A stretch of 64,000 nucleotides of DNA from Octopus bimaculoides. Lineage: Eukaryota. Of the stretch, positions 26,016 through 37,524 are shown in pieces. Both the position numbers and the translations under genes were made by a program. How positions within the stretch are numbered: position 1 is the stretch's first letter; each line of letters begins with the position of its first letter. The stretch is from positions 58,517,305-58,581,304 of the forward strand of contig NC_068994.1 in NCBI RefSeq assembly GCF_001194135.2, written 5' to 3'. Below the pieces are notes generated by a model. It was given only the letters and a program-made list of their open reading frames with translations. It was not told the origin of the DNA and did no database searches.

Positions 26016-27418
26016 CACCAGTGGTGGTGGTGGTGGTGAATTTTAACTCAGAACATAAAGACGAACAAAAGGCCGCCAAGCATTTTTCCCAGCATCTTTT
26101 GTTTCAGTCATATGACTGTGGCCATACTGGNNNNNNNNNNNNNNNNNNNNNNNNNNNNNNNNNNNNNNNNNNNNNNNNNNNNNNNNNNNNNNNNNNNNNN
26201 NNNNNNNNNNNNNNNNNNNNNNNNNNNNNNNNNNNNNNNNNNNNNNNNNNNNNNNNNNNNNNNNNNNNNNNNNNNNNNNNNNNNNNNNNNNNNNNNNNNN
26301 NNNNNNNNNNNNNNNNNNNNNNNNNNNNNNNNNNNNNNNNNNNNNNNNNNNNNNNNNNNNNNNNNNNNNNNNNNNNNNNNNNNNNNNNNNNNNNNNNNNN
26401 NNNNNNNNNNNNNNNNNNNNNNNNNNNNNNNNNNNNNNNNNNNNNNNNNNNNNNNNNNNNNNNNNNNNNNNNNNNNNNNNNNNNNNNNNNNNNNNNNNNN
26501 NNNNNNNNNNNNNNNNNNNNNNNNNNNNNNNNNNNNNNNNNNNNNNNNNNNNNNNNNNNNNNNNNNNNNNNNNNNNNNNNNNNNNNNNNNNNNNNNNNNN
26601 NNNNNNNNNNNNNNNNNNNNNNNNNNNNNNNNNNNNNNNNNGGTGGTAGTGATTGTGGTGGTGGTTTGTGGTGGTGGTGGTGGTGGTGGTGGTGGAGGTG
26701 GTGCATAGTAGAGAAGTTGTAAATTTATGATGTAATGTGTGGTGGTAGTGGTGTGCAGTAGTAATGGCGGTAGTTGAGTGTAGCAGTAGTAGTAGTTGTA
26801 GCGTTGATGTTGGTAGTAGAGATTGTTGCAAGGGAAGTTGAGAAAAAAAAGAAAGAAAGAAAGAAAAAGGAAACAATATTAGTTATCAAAGTTAGATAAG
26901 TCATAGAAATAGACAGGTAGACACACACACATGTTAAAAGGTAAAGTAATGCAAGAAAATGGGCCTCAGTATTGTGCAGGTCAACTGGACCATTCCATAG
27001 TGGCTGAGTGAAACCCAAGTGACCATAGTCTGCCAAGGAACTGCATAACAAACTTTTCCATATGTACCTACAACTGTAATCTTTGGCAGAGAGAACCAGA
27101 ATGACCCATCCAATGGAAGAGGAAAAGAAAATCAAATGTGATGTGTGTGTTATATGTCCCACTAAAGCTTCATTGGATTTTCTATATACATGTATATATA
27201 TATATACGAAGTGGTTAGTTGAAGATATTAGGCAGAAACTCTTAAGTTTTCAAATGAAACAGTAAAATGATTTTTTCAGCCACTCAAGATGGAATGAAGA
27301 AGATTAACAATAACAAAAAAAAAATCTAACTTCTCTACGTTAGTCTACAAATTGAATACCAACAGATGTCTTTTATCTTTTGTCTTTTACTAGTTTCACT
27401 CCAGACAGAGAATCTCAC

Positions 27419-27579
27419 CTCATTTTTGCCCATTTGTACATTCCATTGGTCAGTGTGAAACTCCCAATCTCACTCTGCTGGACATTCAGCAAGAATGGTA
27501 AAATGGCAGGAATCTGTGGTTGGCATGATATTTCCATCATATTCTTATCACTTGGTGCCACAGAGCATGGACCAGGAGT
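27419..27579 (-). CDS. KNDC1: KNDC1-like RasGEF exon (QPQIPAILPFLLNVQQSEIGSFTLTNGMYKWAKMR); last exon traceable
   Basis: P-x-I-P...E-x-G...NG...W-x-K-x-R motif; tttccag| acceptor, AG|gtgaga donor phase 2. Confidence 0.9.
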
Positions 27580-27730
27580 CTGGAAAAACAAAAGTAGTTT
27601 TCTTCTTTTTCAAATAATTATAACAATAATTGTTGTATTTTGGGAGGGTCATTTTTTGTTTTTCTTTTGCCAAATAAACACACACACTGTATATTCTTTC
27701 TTCACTCATTTAGTACTGTTCTTATTCTCA

Positions 27731-27912
27731 TGTCCACTGTCCAGAAATCTTTTGTCACACATCTGTGACCTCTTCAGCAACACTTTCCATCCTTGCGTGT
27801 GCTCTTGCTCCACTTAGTCCATTCTCTAAGCAGAGCAGAAGCACACACGAGGACGGAAAGTGTTGCTGAAGAGGTCACAGATGTGTGACAAAAGATTTCC
27901 CGACAATGGGCA
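27731..27912. repeat. Long intronic inverted repeat (74-bp core arms, 45 bp perfect, 8-nt loop)
   Basis: 27744-27788 is the exact reverse complement of 27855-27899; inner arms differ only by transitions. Confidence 0.95.
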
Positions 27913-28187
27913 TGACCATCCCAGAATATAACACTATCTGCTTCAACACACAGCTTCACATCAGGAATCTTGCAACACAAATTCATAGATATAATAATAA
28001 CAATAATAATAATAATAATAACAACAACAACAACAACAATAATAATAATAATCACCAAAACTAAGATGAAATTTACCAGAAAAAGGGAAAAAAACACATG
28101 CTGTCACAATAAACAGACACAGCAACAGCAAAAAGATCTGACAACAAGAATCATGAAGAGACGAAGCCACCAAACCAATTTCCTTAC

Positions 28188-28370
28188 CTTCATGAGCAGC
28201 AGAGATGTGAAGTTTCCCATAACTTTTGGACTCAGTTCTTTCCACATGGGAAGTTGTCGGATCAGTGCATTCTGCAAACCATCCAAAATGGCAGTGCTGG
28301 TTGCAAAATTCTGCAGGTCAAGACATATCTTAGCAATCATCAGGAATTTCTCTAATATTGTGACTTGTAC
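28188..28370 (-). CDS. KNDC1: KNDC1-like RasGEF exon (VQVTILEKFLMIAKICLDLQNFATSTAILDGL...W)
   Basis: KF-x-x-IA...NF...AI-x-x-GL RasGEF core; gtcag| and AAG|gtaagg sites. Confidence 0.92.
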
Positions 28371-29664
28371 CTGACAAAAGAAATGGTTTTGATGTGAATG
28401 TGCATCAGTGGTCTACCATTAAATGGAATGCTTCTTATGTTGCAAGAACGGTATTGCTCTTAGATTAGAAAATATTCTTCTCAATTCAATTCCAGTTTTG
28501 AACAATCTGCATTCTGGGATAAGACATCAGGTGATAACCAGAGATCAAACTAATCAATATGCAGTGCAATAAATACAATCTGTAATGCCAACGCCATATT
28601 TTTGGTTATCTTTAGTGGAGTGCAGCCTGTTGCATTAATTTGAAACAGGTTTTTCAGTCCAAAGATATTCTAATTCTTTCCTGGAATATCAATAGATAGA
28701 AAATGTTGTGTCCAAGTTCTTTATTTGCAGACAGTAGGAATTTTATGGAACCCACTGAATATTATTTTCTGAAGACACATGCAATAATGGCTTTTTAGAA
28801 TGTATAGATTAATAATTCCTCTGGAAATATGGCATTCCAATTTCTTAGATTGCACAGTAGCATAACACAAGATTGTTTTACAGAATACATAAAAGTATTT
28901 GGCATTTGTAATTGAAACAGTATGAAATTGAAATAGACATCTGTGTATCATATTCAGTGTATACACACTGTTGAAAGACTCCATAAGGTATTACTTCCTT
29001 AGAACATGTCATTCAAGATTTGTGAAGTATATTCAGGAGAACTTTATTGGAACTCATGGAATATTTGTTCTTCAGTTGGCATCTACAATGTGTCTGTGTG
29101 TGTGTGCTATCTCATTTTGTAAGAAGAGATTACTAACACACGATATTACCGATATACACAATATTTAGAAAACTAGTCACGTACCATGGCCAAATATAGC
29201 TTTAAATTACTTTAAATAGATAGCGAGTGAGTGGCAATCTATTTCAAGCAATTCTATGACACCTTTGGCCTATTTTTAGCTGCTATTTCTAGCAGGTTGA
29301 AAGAGGAAACTCCTTTGTTGGCTTATTTTATGTTCTAATTATTCATTTATTAATTAAGCTGTTACATAGTGTAGTAAGTTAATTAATGATGGAAGGGACA
29401 TAACTCTATGTAAATACTTAGACATCTCTAAGTAATGGTGTGTGTGTGCATGAGTGAGTATTATGTGTGCGTGAGTGAGCATGTATGTGTGCCTGTGTGT
29501 ATGTCTGTGTCTGTGTGAGTGTGTTTTGTGAGTGTGCATGTATGTGTGTGTGTGGGTGCTTGAGTGAACATGTGTGTGTGTGTGTGTTTGTGCGTGCATG
29601 TGTGTGCTACATCACACAGATGTCAATCTGATTGTTACAAGCAAACCAAACCAAAGCCCCTTAC

Positions 29665-29803
29665 TTTTGTTGAAGGGGCCAGAATAAGTTCTGCTCCGAC
29701 CCAATGTGCAATTTCATGAGAATGTTTCACTTGGATTTCTATAACTGAACAACTTGGATTGCTGTCCTGAACAAACAGGCTGCTCGCAGAATCCCTCTTT
29801 GTC
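29665..29803 (-). CDS. KNDC1: KNDC1-like RasGEF exon (SSLFVQD...EIAHWVGAELILAPSTK)
   Basis: WV-x-x-E-L RasGEF motif; tttctag| acceptor phase 2; AAA|gtaagg donor. Confidence 0.9.
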
Positions 29804-30527
29804 CTAGAAACAGAGAATTGAAGGGTAAGGTTACTGACCCTTTGATTGGCAAGAAAGGGTTGCAAAAACATCCGTGCCAAAAGGGCAAAAAAAAAAAAAG
29901 GCAAAAAAGGAATTTTTAAACTTATTTTCATTTTAAATAAGAACAGAAACTATTATAGTTGTTGGTTTCTTTCACAATAAAATTTACAATCTCGTTTTCG
30001 AAAAGTGCCATAAAATAGTTCACTTCCCTTTGACAATGACCATATCCATGTAAAATTTATGAAACATCAATTGATAACGCCTGCTGTTTAAGGGTTAAAG
30101 GTCAAGCTTTGTACAAAATTTCAATAATGATTGGTTAATGATTAGGAGGTTGCTTATTTGTTATTGGTCTCATTGGACACAGAGCTATGAGTGGACGTCA
30201 CAAATAACACACTTTGTCTCAGCTGTCAATTTACTGGTTTTCCTTCATTCATTTGCTAATGGCAAACTCAGCTCAGAAAATTGCTAAGAACATAATAGGT
30301 ATGAAACCTATGGTAAGTTTCTGACTAGCCATAACCAATAACGACATTAAATACTTATATATATATACATGTACTAGATCAAATGTGCTATAAAGATGAC
30401 GAATATTATTTTGGAATTTTCTTTGTAGGCATCGACTGTCATTGGTAGCCGAATAAAAAATTGGCAATTTCAACCTGAACCCACTGTCTGAGGAACTGAC
30501 CAAAGAATAAAATTGTCGTCAATTTAC

Positions 30528-30631
30528 CGAATTGATCGAGTGCTACTCCATCCTGGAATTGAAAGAGAAGGGGTGAAACCATTGTATTTTGAATTCAGAA
30601 AGTGCACAGGATGTACGTCTTGGAATAAATT
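30528..30631 (-). CDS. KNDC1: KNDC1-like RasGEF exon (NLFQDVHPVHFLNSK...)
   Basis: HPVHFLNS motif characteristic of KNDC1 (recalled human ELFQKCHPVHFLNSR); donor CG|gtaaat. Confidence 0.9.
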
Positions 30632-30989
30632 CTGGGAAATCAAAGAGAAAAACAAATGAATTGAAATTAGTAAAATGAGTAAAGAAATAAATAAATATCC
30701 TTCCTGTTTTTGTTTGTTTGGGTGGGTGGGTGGTGGGGTGGGGGTAATTGGTTTGTTCTGGAGGAAAGGATTGCACTCAAAGCCTTCGCCAATTCTCAAA
30801 GAATGAGAGGGAAAAACATGGTGGCGGGGGGAGGGGGAGGAAATTCTCTAAGACTGACATAATAGCTAATGCTGAACCAAGGGAAATGGTCAGGATAGGG
30901 GTGAAGAGAAATGGAAACACCTGAGTGGTGAAGGTACATCACAATTGCAAGTAGATAACAGTCTACAAGTGTTTCCACATGTCAAAACT

Positions 30990-31400
30990 CTCTCACACAT
31001 GCACACATGCATGTATGCAAGCACATGTAGGCACACACACACTTGCACATGCACACACACACACAAACACCTGCACACACACACAAACACCTGCACATAC
31101 ACACAAACACACACACAAGCACATTCATAAACACATGCACACACATACATACACACTCACACAGACACATAAATACATGCACACACACACATACAAACAC
31201 ACACACAAGCACACTCTCACACACAAACACCTGCACACACACATTTGTAGGTACACACACACACAAACACACACACACACAAACACACACACAAACACAC
31301 ACACACAAACACACACACATACATAAACGCATTGCACACACACAAACACACACACACAAACACACACACATACACAAACGCATTGCACACACACAAACAG
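30990..31400. repeat. Degenerate (CA)n microsatellite array
   Basis: Direct reading; source of spurious HT/VC-repeat ORFs. Confidence 0.95.
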
Positions 31401-31433
31401 TCCTGGAAAGAGGGAAGATACAAAATCAAAGAC

Positions 31434-31634
31434 CTGTTCCATAAGAGTGAGTTGTTCTGCCAGTTCTTCAGCCGTGTGATCATTGAGACAAAACGTTCCA
31501 GGTTCTTCCTCAGGTTCTTCAGCAGGTTTGCTAGGAATGGTCAAACAGCTCCCTGCTCTCTCCCTTATCATGTTGGCAGCCAACAGGTATTCAATCTGAT
31601 GGACATCGTGGTCGGAACAGGACATACGCTTGCT
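31434..31634 (-). CDS. KNDC1: KNDC1-like exon, start of CDC25/RasGEF domain (LNDHTAEELAEQLTLMEQ)
   Basis: ELAEQLTL RasGEF signature; tttag| acceptor, CAG|gtcttt donor. Confidence 0.9.
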
Positions 31635-31847
31635 CTAAAATATATGTCATCACAAAAACTGTTAAACACACACACACACACACACACACATATACGTGTG
31701 TGTGTGAATACATGCGTACCCCACCCACCATATATACGTCTTTATATATATTCAACTAAAAGGCTCTGATTTCTGGTAGTGTGAGTTACCTATTTCTAAT
31801 TATTGGCTGGTTAATTTGTGGTGAATTTCTTCCAGGAATAGTTAAAG

Positions 31848-32172
31848 ACAGTTCTATATTTAAGAGATGAGGAATTATGTACATTATTTACATTATTTAC
31901 ATTTTGCCAGGCATATGACATAGTGGTTAAGAGCACAGGCTACTAACCCCAAGATTCCAAGTTCGATTCCAGGCAGTAACCTGAATAATAATAATAATAA
32001 TAATAACAATAACAACAACATCAAAAAATACCTTAGGAATGAGAACCCAGGTTCAAAATTTCCCCAAGATACCTGATGAAGGCTGGAGGATATACCAGCC
32101 GAAATGTTGTGCTAACAACAAACAAGATGACAAATATCCGTCAAATGTAAATAATGTAAGTAATGTAAATAA
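31848..32172 (+). mobile_element. tRNA-headed SINE with hammerhead-like tail and inverted terminal segment (copy 2)
   Basis: Box A ~31916-31926, box B GTTCGATTCC ~31961-31970, (AAT)n, CTGATGA 32073-32079, GAAA 32101; 31881-31904 is the inverted copy of the tail. Confidence 0.8.
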
Positions 32173-32445
32173 TATGGTTAAATACAGTTTCAAATACAAA
32201 CATGAAATACCAAGTTTAGTCAGAATTCTTAAGTCTCTCGAATGCCAATTTTCAAATGCCATTTTTGTAACTTCAACATGAACAGTAACACCCCCGCCAC
32301 CACTACCAACTGTTAATCCATTAGGTATTTGGAAAACTTTTGAGTTAGCCCTTCATTTCCCTCTAATATACCCGTTTTTCCCTAATATGACCCAGTTCTC
32401 CCACAATATGGTCTGGTTTTACTGTAATAAAAGGACCCAACTCAC

Positions 32446-32580
32446 CTTGTTCCCTGTAGACAAGACATGGGAGACCAGGCTGTCCTCAGCCATGAGCTTT
32501 CTTGTCACGTCTGGATGTTTAGCAGTGTGGAATGTCCATGCAGTCCGCACCATTTCTGCTGTCTCATCGTCCACTGGCAG
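32446..32580 (-). CDS. KNDC1: KNDC1-like exon (LPVDDETAEMVRTAW...STGNK)
   Basis: ccctacag| acceptor, AAG|gtgagt donor, phase 0-0. Confidence 0.8.
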
Positions 32581-32654
32581 CTGTAGGGGGAGGGAGGAGA
32601 GGTGAGGGGATAATAGCAGAGGGAAAAAAAACAAAACAAAAACACTTGTCATAT

Positions 32655-33015
32655 ATCAACATCATCATCATTGTCACCATTGTCGTCATCATCATTGTTA
32701 TCATCATCGTCAGCATCATCATCATCAGCATCACCATCATCATCATCAATACCACCACCATCAAAATCATCATCATCATCATCACCATCATCATCACCAT
32801 CACCATCATCATCACCATCACCATCATCTTCATAATTATCGTCGTCATCATCATCATCACCATCACCATCATCATCATAATTATCATCATCGTCATTATC
32901 ATCATCATCATCGCCATCAACCTTCTACTTCTTACCCTCAACATCATCACCATATTCATCATCAGCATCAGCAACTTTATAAACGTCATAAACAACAACA
33001 ACAACAACAACAGCA
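32655..33015. repeat. Compound (CAT)n/(CAC)n/(AAC)n microsatellite in a KNDC1 intron
   Basis: Direct reading; source of spurious poly-I and poly-M ORFs. Confidence 0.95.
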
Positions 33016-33432
33016 ACAAGTTCGCTATTTGGTCTCACGTTCTTGCAGTCTCAGCTTTTACCAAAATTAGTCGAAAGCTGAGCAAATCTTTGGCAACACC
33101 AACTCTTGTTTGGGTGTAAAAGATGCCTCTTAGAGTGTGATGCTGACTTCCATGTTTTCGGATGACAGAGACATTTTGCATCTCTGTAGATGAAGACTCA
33201 GACATGCTTGGATGCTTTCATTTTACATCCCCAGGCATTGGGCGTGGCTGTGTGGTAAGAAGTTTGCTTCCCAACCACATGGTCCTGGGTTCAGAACCCA
33301 GAACCATCTCACATTGGTTAAGTGCCTTCTGCTAGAGCCACAGGCCAACCAAAGCCTTGTGAGCGGCTTGGGTAGATGGAAACTGAAAGAAGCTTGTCGT
33401 ATCTGATTGTGCGTGTGTGTGTGTGTGTGTGC

Positions 33433-33467
<35 letters not shown>

Positions 33468-33803
33468 ACAGAACACTGCTGGCTAAAAAAAAGAGGCAGT
33501 GTTGTGTGAATAATAACATAAAAAGCTTCTCTTTTCAGCCACTCAACTTACTAGAAATAGCAGCCAAATACACCAACACAACCATCTTAAGGATGAATTG
33601 AATTATGTAAGTACAGCCATAACTGTAAAGAGAGAAGGGATGGTCAAGGCTGGAACACCTACCTTCGATCATCAGTCTGTTCCATTTGGACTGAACTGAA
33701 GCAAAGAAACAAAATCAACAACAAACACGACAACAACAATAACAACCACAATAGCAAGGACAACAACAACAACAGCAGTACTAATAATAGATGCCAGACT
33801 CAC

Positions 33804-33942
33804 CTTCATAATGAACTCTTCCGTCAACCGTTTCAAGGTGGTCCTCGCTTTGAAGTCGATCGTGTAATAATCGTTAAGCCACCAGGAGAGCAACAGCAGG
33901 GTCCTCTTGGCAATGATGGCAGCCACGTGGGAAGGTTGGAAT
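33804..33942 (-). CDS. KNDC1: KNDC1-like RasGEF_N exon (IAKRTLLLLSWWLNDYYTIDF...)
   Basis: R-x-L-x-x-L-x-x-W...DF REM motif; donor AAG|gtgagt. Confidence 0.9.
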
Positions 33943-34154
33943 CTACCCGGGGGTATAAATGAGAAGATGGAAATAAAGAGAGATTGGTGGATGGGTGGGT
34001 GGAGGGATAGATGGGTGGATTGGTGGATGGGTGAGTGGATGAGTGGATGGAGGGATGGATGAGTGGATGAGTGGATGGTAGTAAGAAAGGAAAACGGGGA
34101 AAAGGAAATTGAAATAGTGATTAGAAATATCTTTAGAGAACTATTGCAATACAT

Positions 34155-34188
<34 letters not shown>

Positions 34189-34210
34189 GATGATGATGAT
34201 GATGATGATG

Positions 34211-34274
<64 letters not shown>

Positions 34275-34545
34275 CTTAACACTCATTTTTATTTTATTGA
34301 CCCCCGAAAGGGTGACAGGCAAAGTTTACCTTGTTGGAATTTAAATTCAGAACATGAAGACAAACGAAAAGGCACAAAGCATTTTGTCCAAAACGCTGAC
34401 CATTCTGCTGAATTCATCATCATCATCATCATCATCATCATTATCATCATCATTTAATGTCCATTTTCCATGCTGGCATGAGTTGGACAGTTTGGTAGGA
34501 ACTGGCAAGACTGGAGATCTGCACCAGTCTCCAATTGTCTGTTTT

Positions 34546-34597
<52 letters not shown>

Positions 34598-34634
34598 GGG
34601 GAGAAGGAGGAGGAGGAGGAGGAGGAGTACTTAC

Positions 34635-34745
34635 TTGTGAGATGTCGTGTATGTCTGCCTGAGAAAGGTGAAGAGTTGGAGTGGAGAGGTGAAGTAGCGA
34701 TAGCAGTAAAAGAATTGGTGGATGTAGCCACTGGTCAGTGCAGTC
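34635..34745 (-). CDS. KNDC1: KNDC1-like RasGEF_N exon (TALTSGYIHQFFYCYRYFTSPLQLFTFL)
   Basis: Canonical REM motif F-x-x-x-Y-R-x-F-x-x-P; phase 2-2; donor gtaagt. Confidence 0.9.
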
Positions 34746-35201
34746 CTGGTAGTAGTGGTGGTGGTGGTGGTGGTGGTGGTGGTGGTGGTGGTGGTGAAAA
34801 TATAGAAGGAGATGGTGTTAGACAACAACAACAGAAACAGAATCGGATAAAATTAGTCAGCGAAGGCAGTCCTTATACTGTCACTCTGCCTACTAGAAAT
34901 AACAGCCAAATCTCATTCTAATCGCATCCATATTGTTCTTAGAATAGAAACACACAGTTATGTCTGGAACAATTGTTGTATTGCCAGATAAAAGAGATAA
35001 AATGTACCAAGAACTGTAAGGCTTATGTCTAATATTACTCAATTGAAAAGGACCAATTCTTCTTTGTGACAATTCCATCACAAATTCTTATTCCGTCCGT
35101 TTAATTTCAACTTAAGGATCAGTCTCAGTCTGCGCAAGTACTTCACCTTAAACAACACCAACAGCAACAATGACAAGCTCAACACTTGAACACTTTCTTA
35201 C

Positions 35202-35431
35202 CTCGTATAAAGGTTGGCAAAGAGTCCTTGCGGTGCCCCTGCATGGAGCAAGGTGTTCTCATCCATACACGAATCACTCTCAACCTCTGTTGAGTGATAA
35301 TGCAACAAAGGATTATCCTCATGAGGTGTTAGAAATATAAAAGAATCCGGTTCCTCCTCATTATCAGCTTTACATGTGGCCAGCGCATGGGTCAGATTGC
35401 AAGGGATGCTACATTCACTGCAAATCAACAT
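35202..35431 (-). CDS. KNDC1: KNDC1-like exon entering RasGEF_N (MLICSECSIPCNL...LLHAGAPQGLFANLYTR)
   Basis: LxAGxPxGLxAxLY REM-start motif; catccag| acceptor, AG|gtaaga donor. Confidence 0.88.
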
Positions 35432-36486
35432 CTGGATGAAAAATACTTGGTTTATTAATGAAGTAATTAAATATGCAAAACAATAAATTAATGTCATATC
35501 AATGTTGAAATTGGTTTTAAACTGGTTTTGTAGATTTAATCCATTGCACGTTTTAGCTATGTTAACTGGTTTAAATCTACTTCATAGTTTAGCTGCATCA
35601 TGTGATTTAGTGCCACTACATGGTTAAAATTATCATTATGAAAGAGGAAAAAAAACATTTACCTAGAGTTGGTAAAACGACAGCAAAAAGGAAAAACTAC
35701 TCAAAAAACTCTGACTAGAATTGTTGTGTAACCCTTTGCACGCGCTGACCCAAACCTCCTGGCCAGAAGTGTACACAACACAAGAACTTCTCACAAACGT
35801 CTGTTTGTGCTGGTTGCTCATTATGTGAAGTCACTTCCTCCAGTGACGGACTGGCCAGGTTGCCAGCTTGACCGATGGCAAGTGGACCCCTGGGCCATTA
35901 GAATCCATATATGGGAGCCCATGTTAGTATCTAAAGGGCCCATCCCCTCAGGTTTGAGAATTTTTAATTCACTTCTGGAAGAATGCATTATTTCAGCCTG
36001 GCTGTGTTTGTAAGCAGTTGAAAAGAATACTTTTAACAAAAAAAATTAAGTGATAGTATAGTAGTTGTGGGTGGGCTCCCTTAATCTCCTGGCAATCAAT
36101 ATTTTTAGACCCAATCTGTCACTGACTTACTCCCTTACTTCTGCTGCATCAGCCCTAATGTCTCCTTTCGCTTCCAAAGCATTGGCTACTGCACCACATT
36201 TGGTAAGCAAACCAAACTGAACAGAAGAGGAAACCACAAAGGTCCAGAGCCTTTGGAGCAGAAGCATTGAGTTCTAATCTTGTCTGTCTTGTGTAGAATA
36301 GAATGGCTTATGTCTTTAACTGAATTATCAGTTACTCACAGATGAACCAGACGCATGAGTGATGTCAAGGCCTTCATCCATATTGGATAGAGAATCAAAA
36401 TGTGTGTGTGTGTGTGCGTGCGTGTGTGTGCATGTGTGCATGTGTGTGCATATGTGTGTCTGTGTGCATGTGTGTGTGTGTGTCTG

Positions 36487-36533
<47 letters not shown>

Positions 36534-36785
36534 NNNNNNNNNNNNNNNNNNNNNNNNNNNNNNNNNNNNNNNNNNNNNNNNNNNNNNNNNNNNNNNNNNN
36601 NNNNNNNNNNNNNNNNNNNNNNNNNNNNNNNNNNNNNNNNNNNNNNNNNNNNNNNNNNNNNNNNNNNNNNNNNNNNNNNNNNNNNNNNNNNNNNNNNNNN
36701 NNNNNNNNNNNNNNNNNNNNNNNNNNNNNNNNNNNNNNNNNNNNNNNNNNNNNNNNNNNNNNNNNNNNNNNNNNNNNNNNNNNNN

Positions 36786-36822
<37 letters not shown>

Positions 36823-36937
36823 ATATGTATATCACATCACAAGCGTTCTACAAATCTCCTGCACATAACACTTAGAATACCCCAAAACCACTACAAAACA
36901 TCAGAAAGAAATGTTATTATAATAAACTGAAGTTTAC

Positions 36938-37070
36938 TTTTACTCCATGCAGCCTTTGTCTTGATTTTGAGGTAAAACCTGCACATCTTCTGCTGTTCCT
37001 TACTCTTCAGCATCACCTGTTGTTGAACGGTTGACAATTTGGTCTTCCAAGACTCGGCATCAGATTTGTC
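36938..37070 (-). CDS. KNDC1: KNDC1-like coiled-coil exon (DKSDAESWKTKLSTVQQQVMLKSKEQQKMCRFYLK...)
   Basis: Resembles, from recall, the vertebrate KNDC1 segment QQLLMEKRNYRKTLKFYQK; donor either 36944 or 36938 (both phase 1). Confidence 0.7.
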
Positions 37071-37524
37071 CTTCAATGAACAAACGGACACAAATCAAAT
37101 ACAAATATCATATGGCCTTCACCTTAACCTTAAATCTAACCTTGATCCTAACCTTAACTTCTAACCTTAAACCCAAGTGGTGGACAGCGCAACTTGTGGG
37201 CCTGATGGACAGCGCAACTTGTGGGCTTGATTGAAATGCTTTTGGAAGAGTGAATTTTGCTGAAGGAGATTTTACACAAGAATGTGATAAAATTACCACG
37301 ATGCAATCAACCCCAGTGCATGACTATCAATTTATCTTATCAACCCCTGGGGACATGACAAGTAGAGGGTTTGAATGTTTGAATATCAAAGTTTCTGGTG
37401 TTCTACAACCTTAAGGTGTCACCACAAGCAATAAAAATTAGAATGATTTATAAAACAAAAACAAAAATTTAAAAAATAATAAAATATATTTTTTTTAAAA
37501 ATCAAAAAGTAAAAATCAACATAC

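Noticed and set aside
27774-28097. ORF ending WTKWSKSTRK resembling the RasGEF C-terminus
   Set aside because: It is the intronic hairpin; the true exon is 27419-27579
30273-30503. ORF SSDSGFRLKLPIFYS... as a KNDC1 exon
   Set aside because: Would need a 32-nt intron; exon 30528 already joins 29803 in phase 2 with better homology
31909-31980. Functional tRNA gene
   Set aside because: Has A/B boxes but no acceptor-stem closure or T-run terminator; it is a SINE head
37120-37235. Telomere-like (TAACCT)n run and a ~23-bp direct repeat
   Set aside because: Short and degenerate; common at repeat ends; no functional evidence
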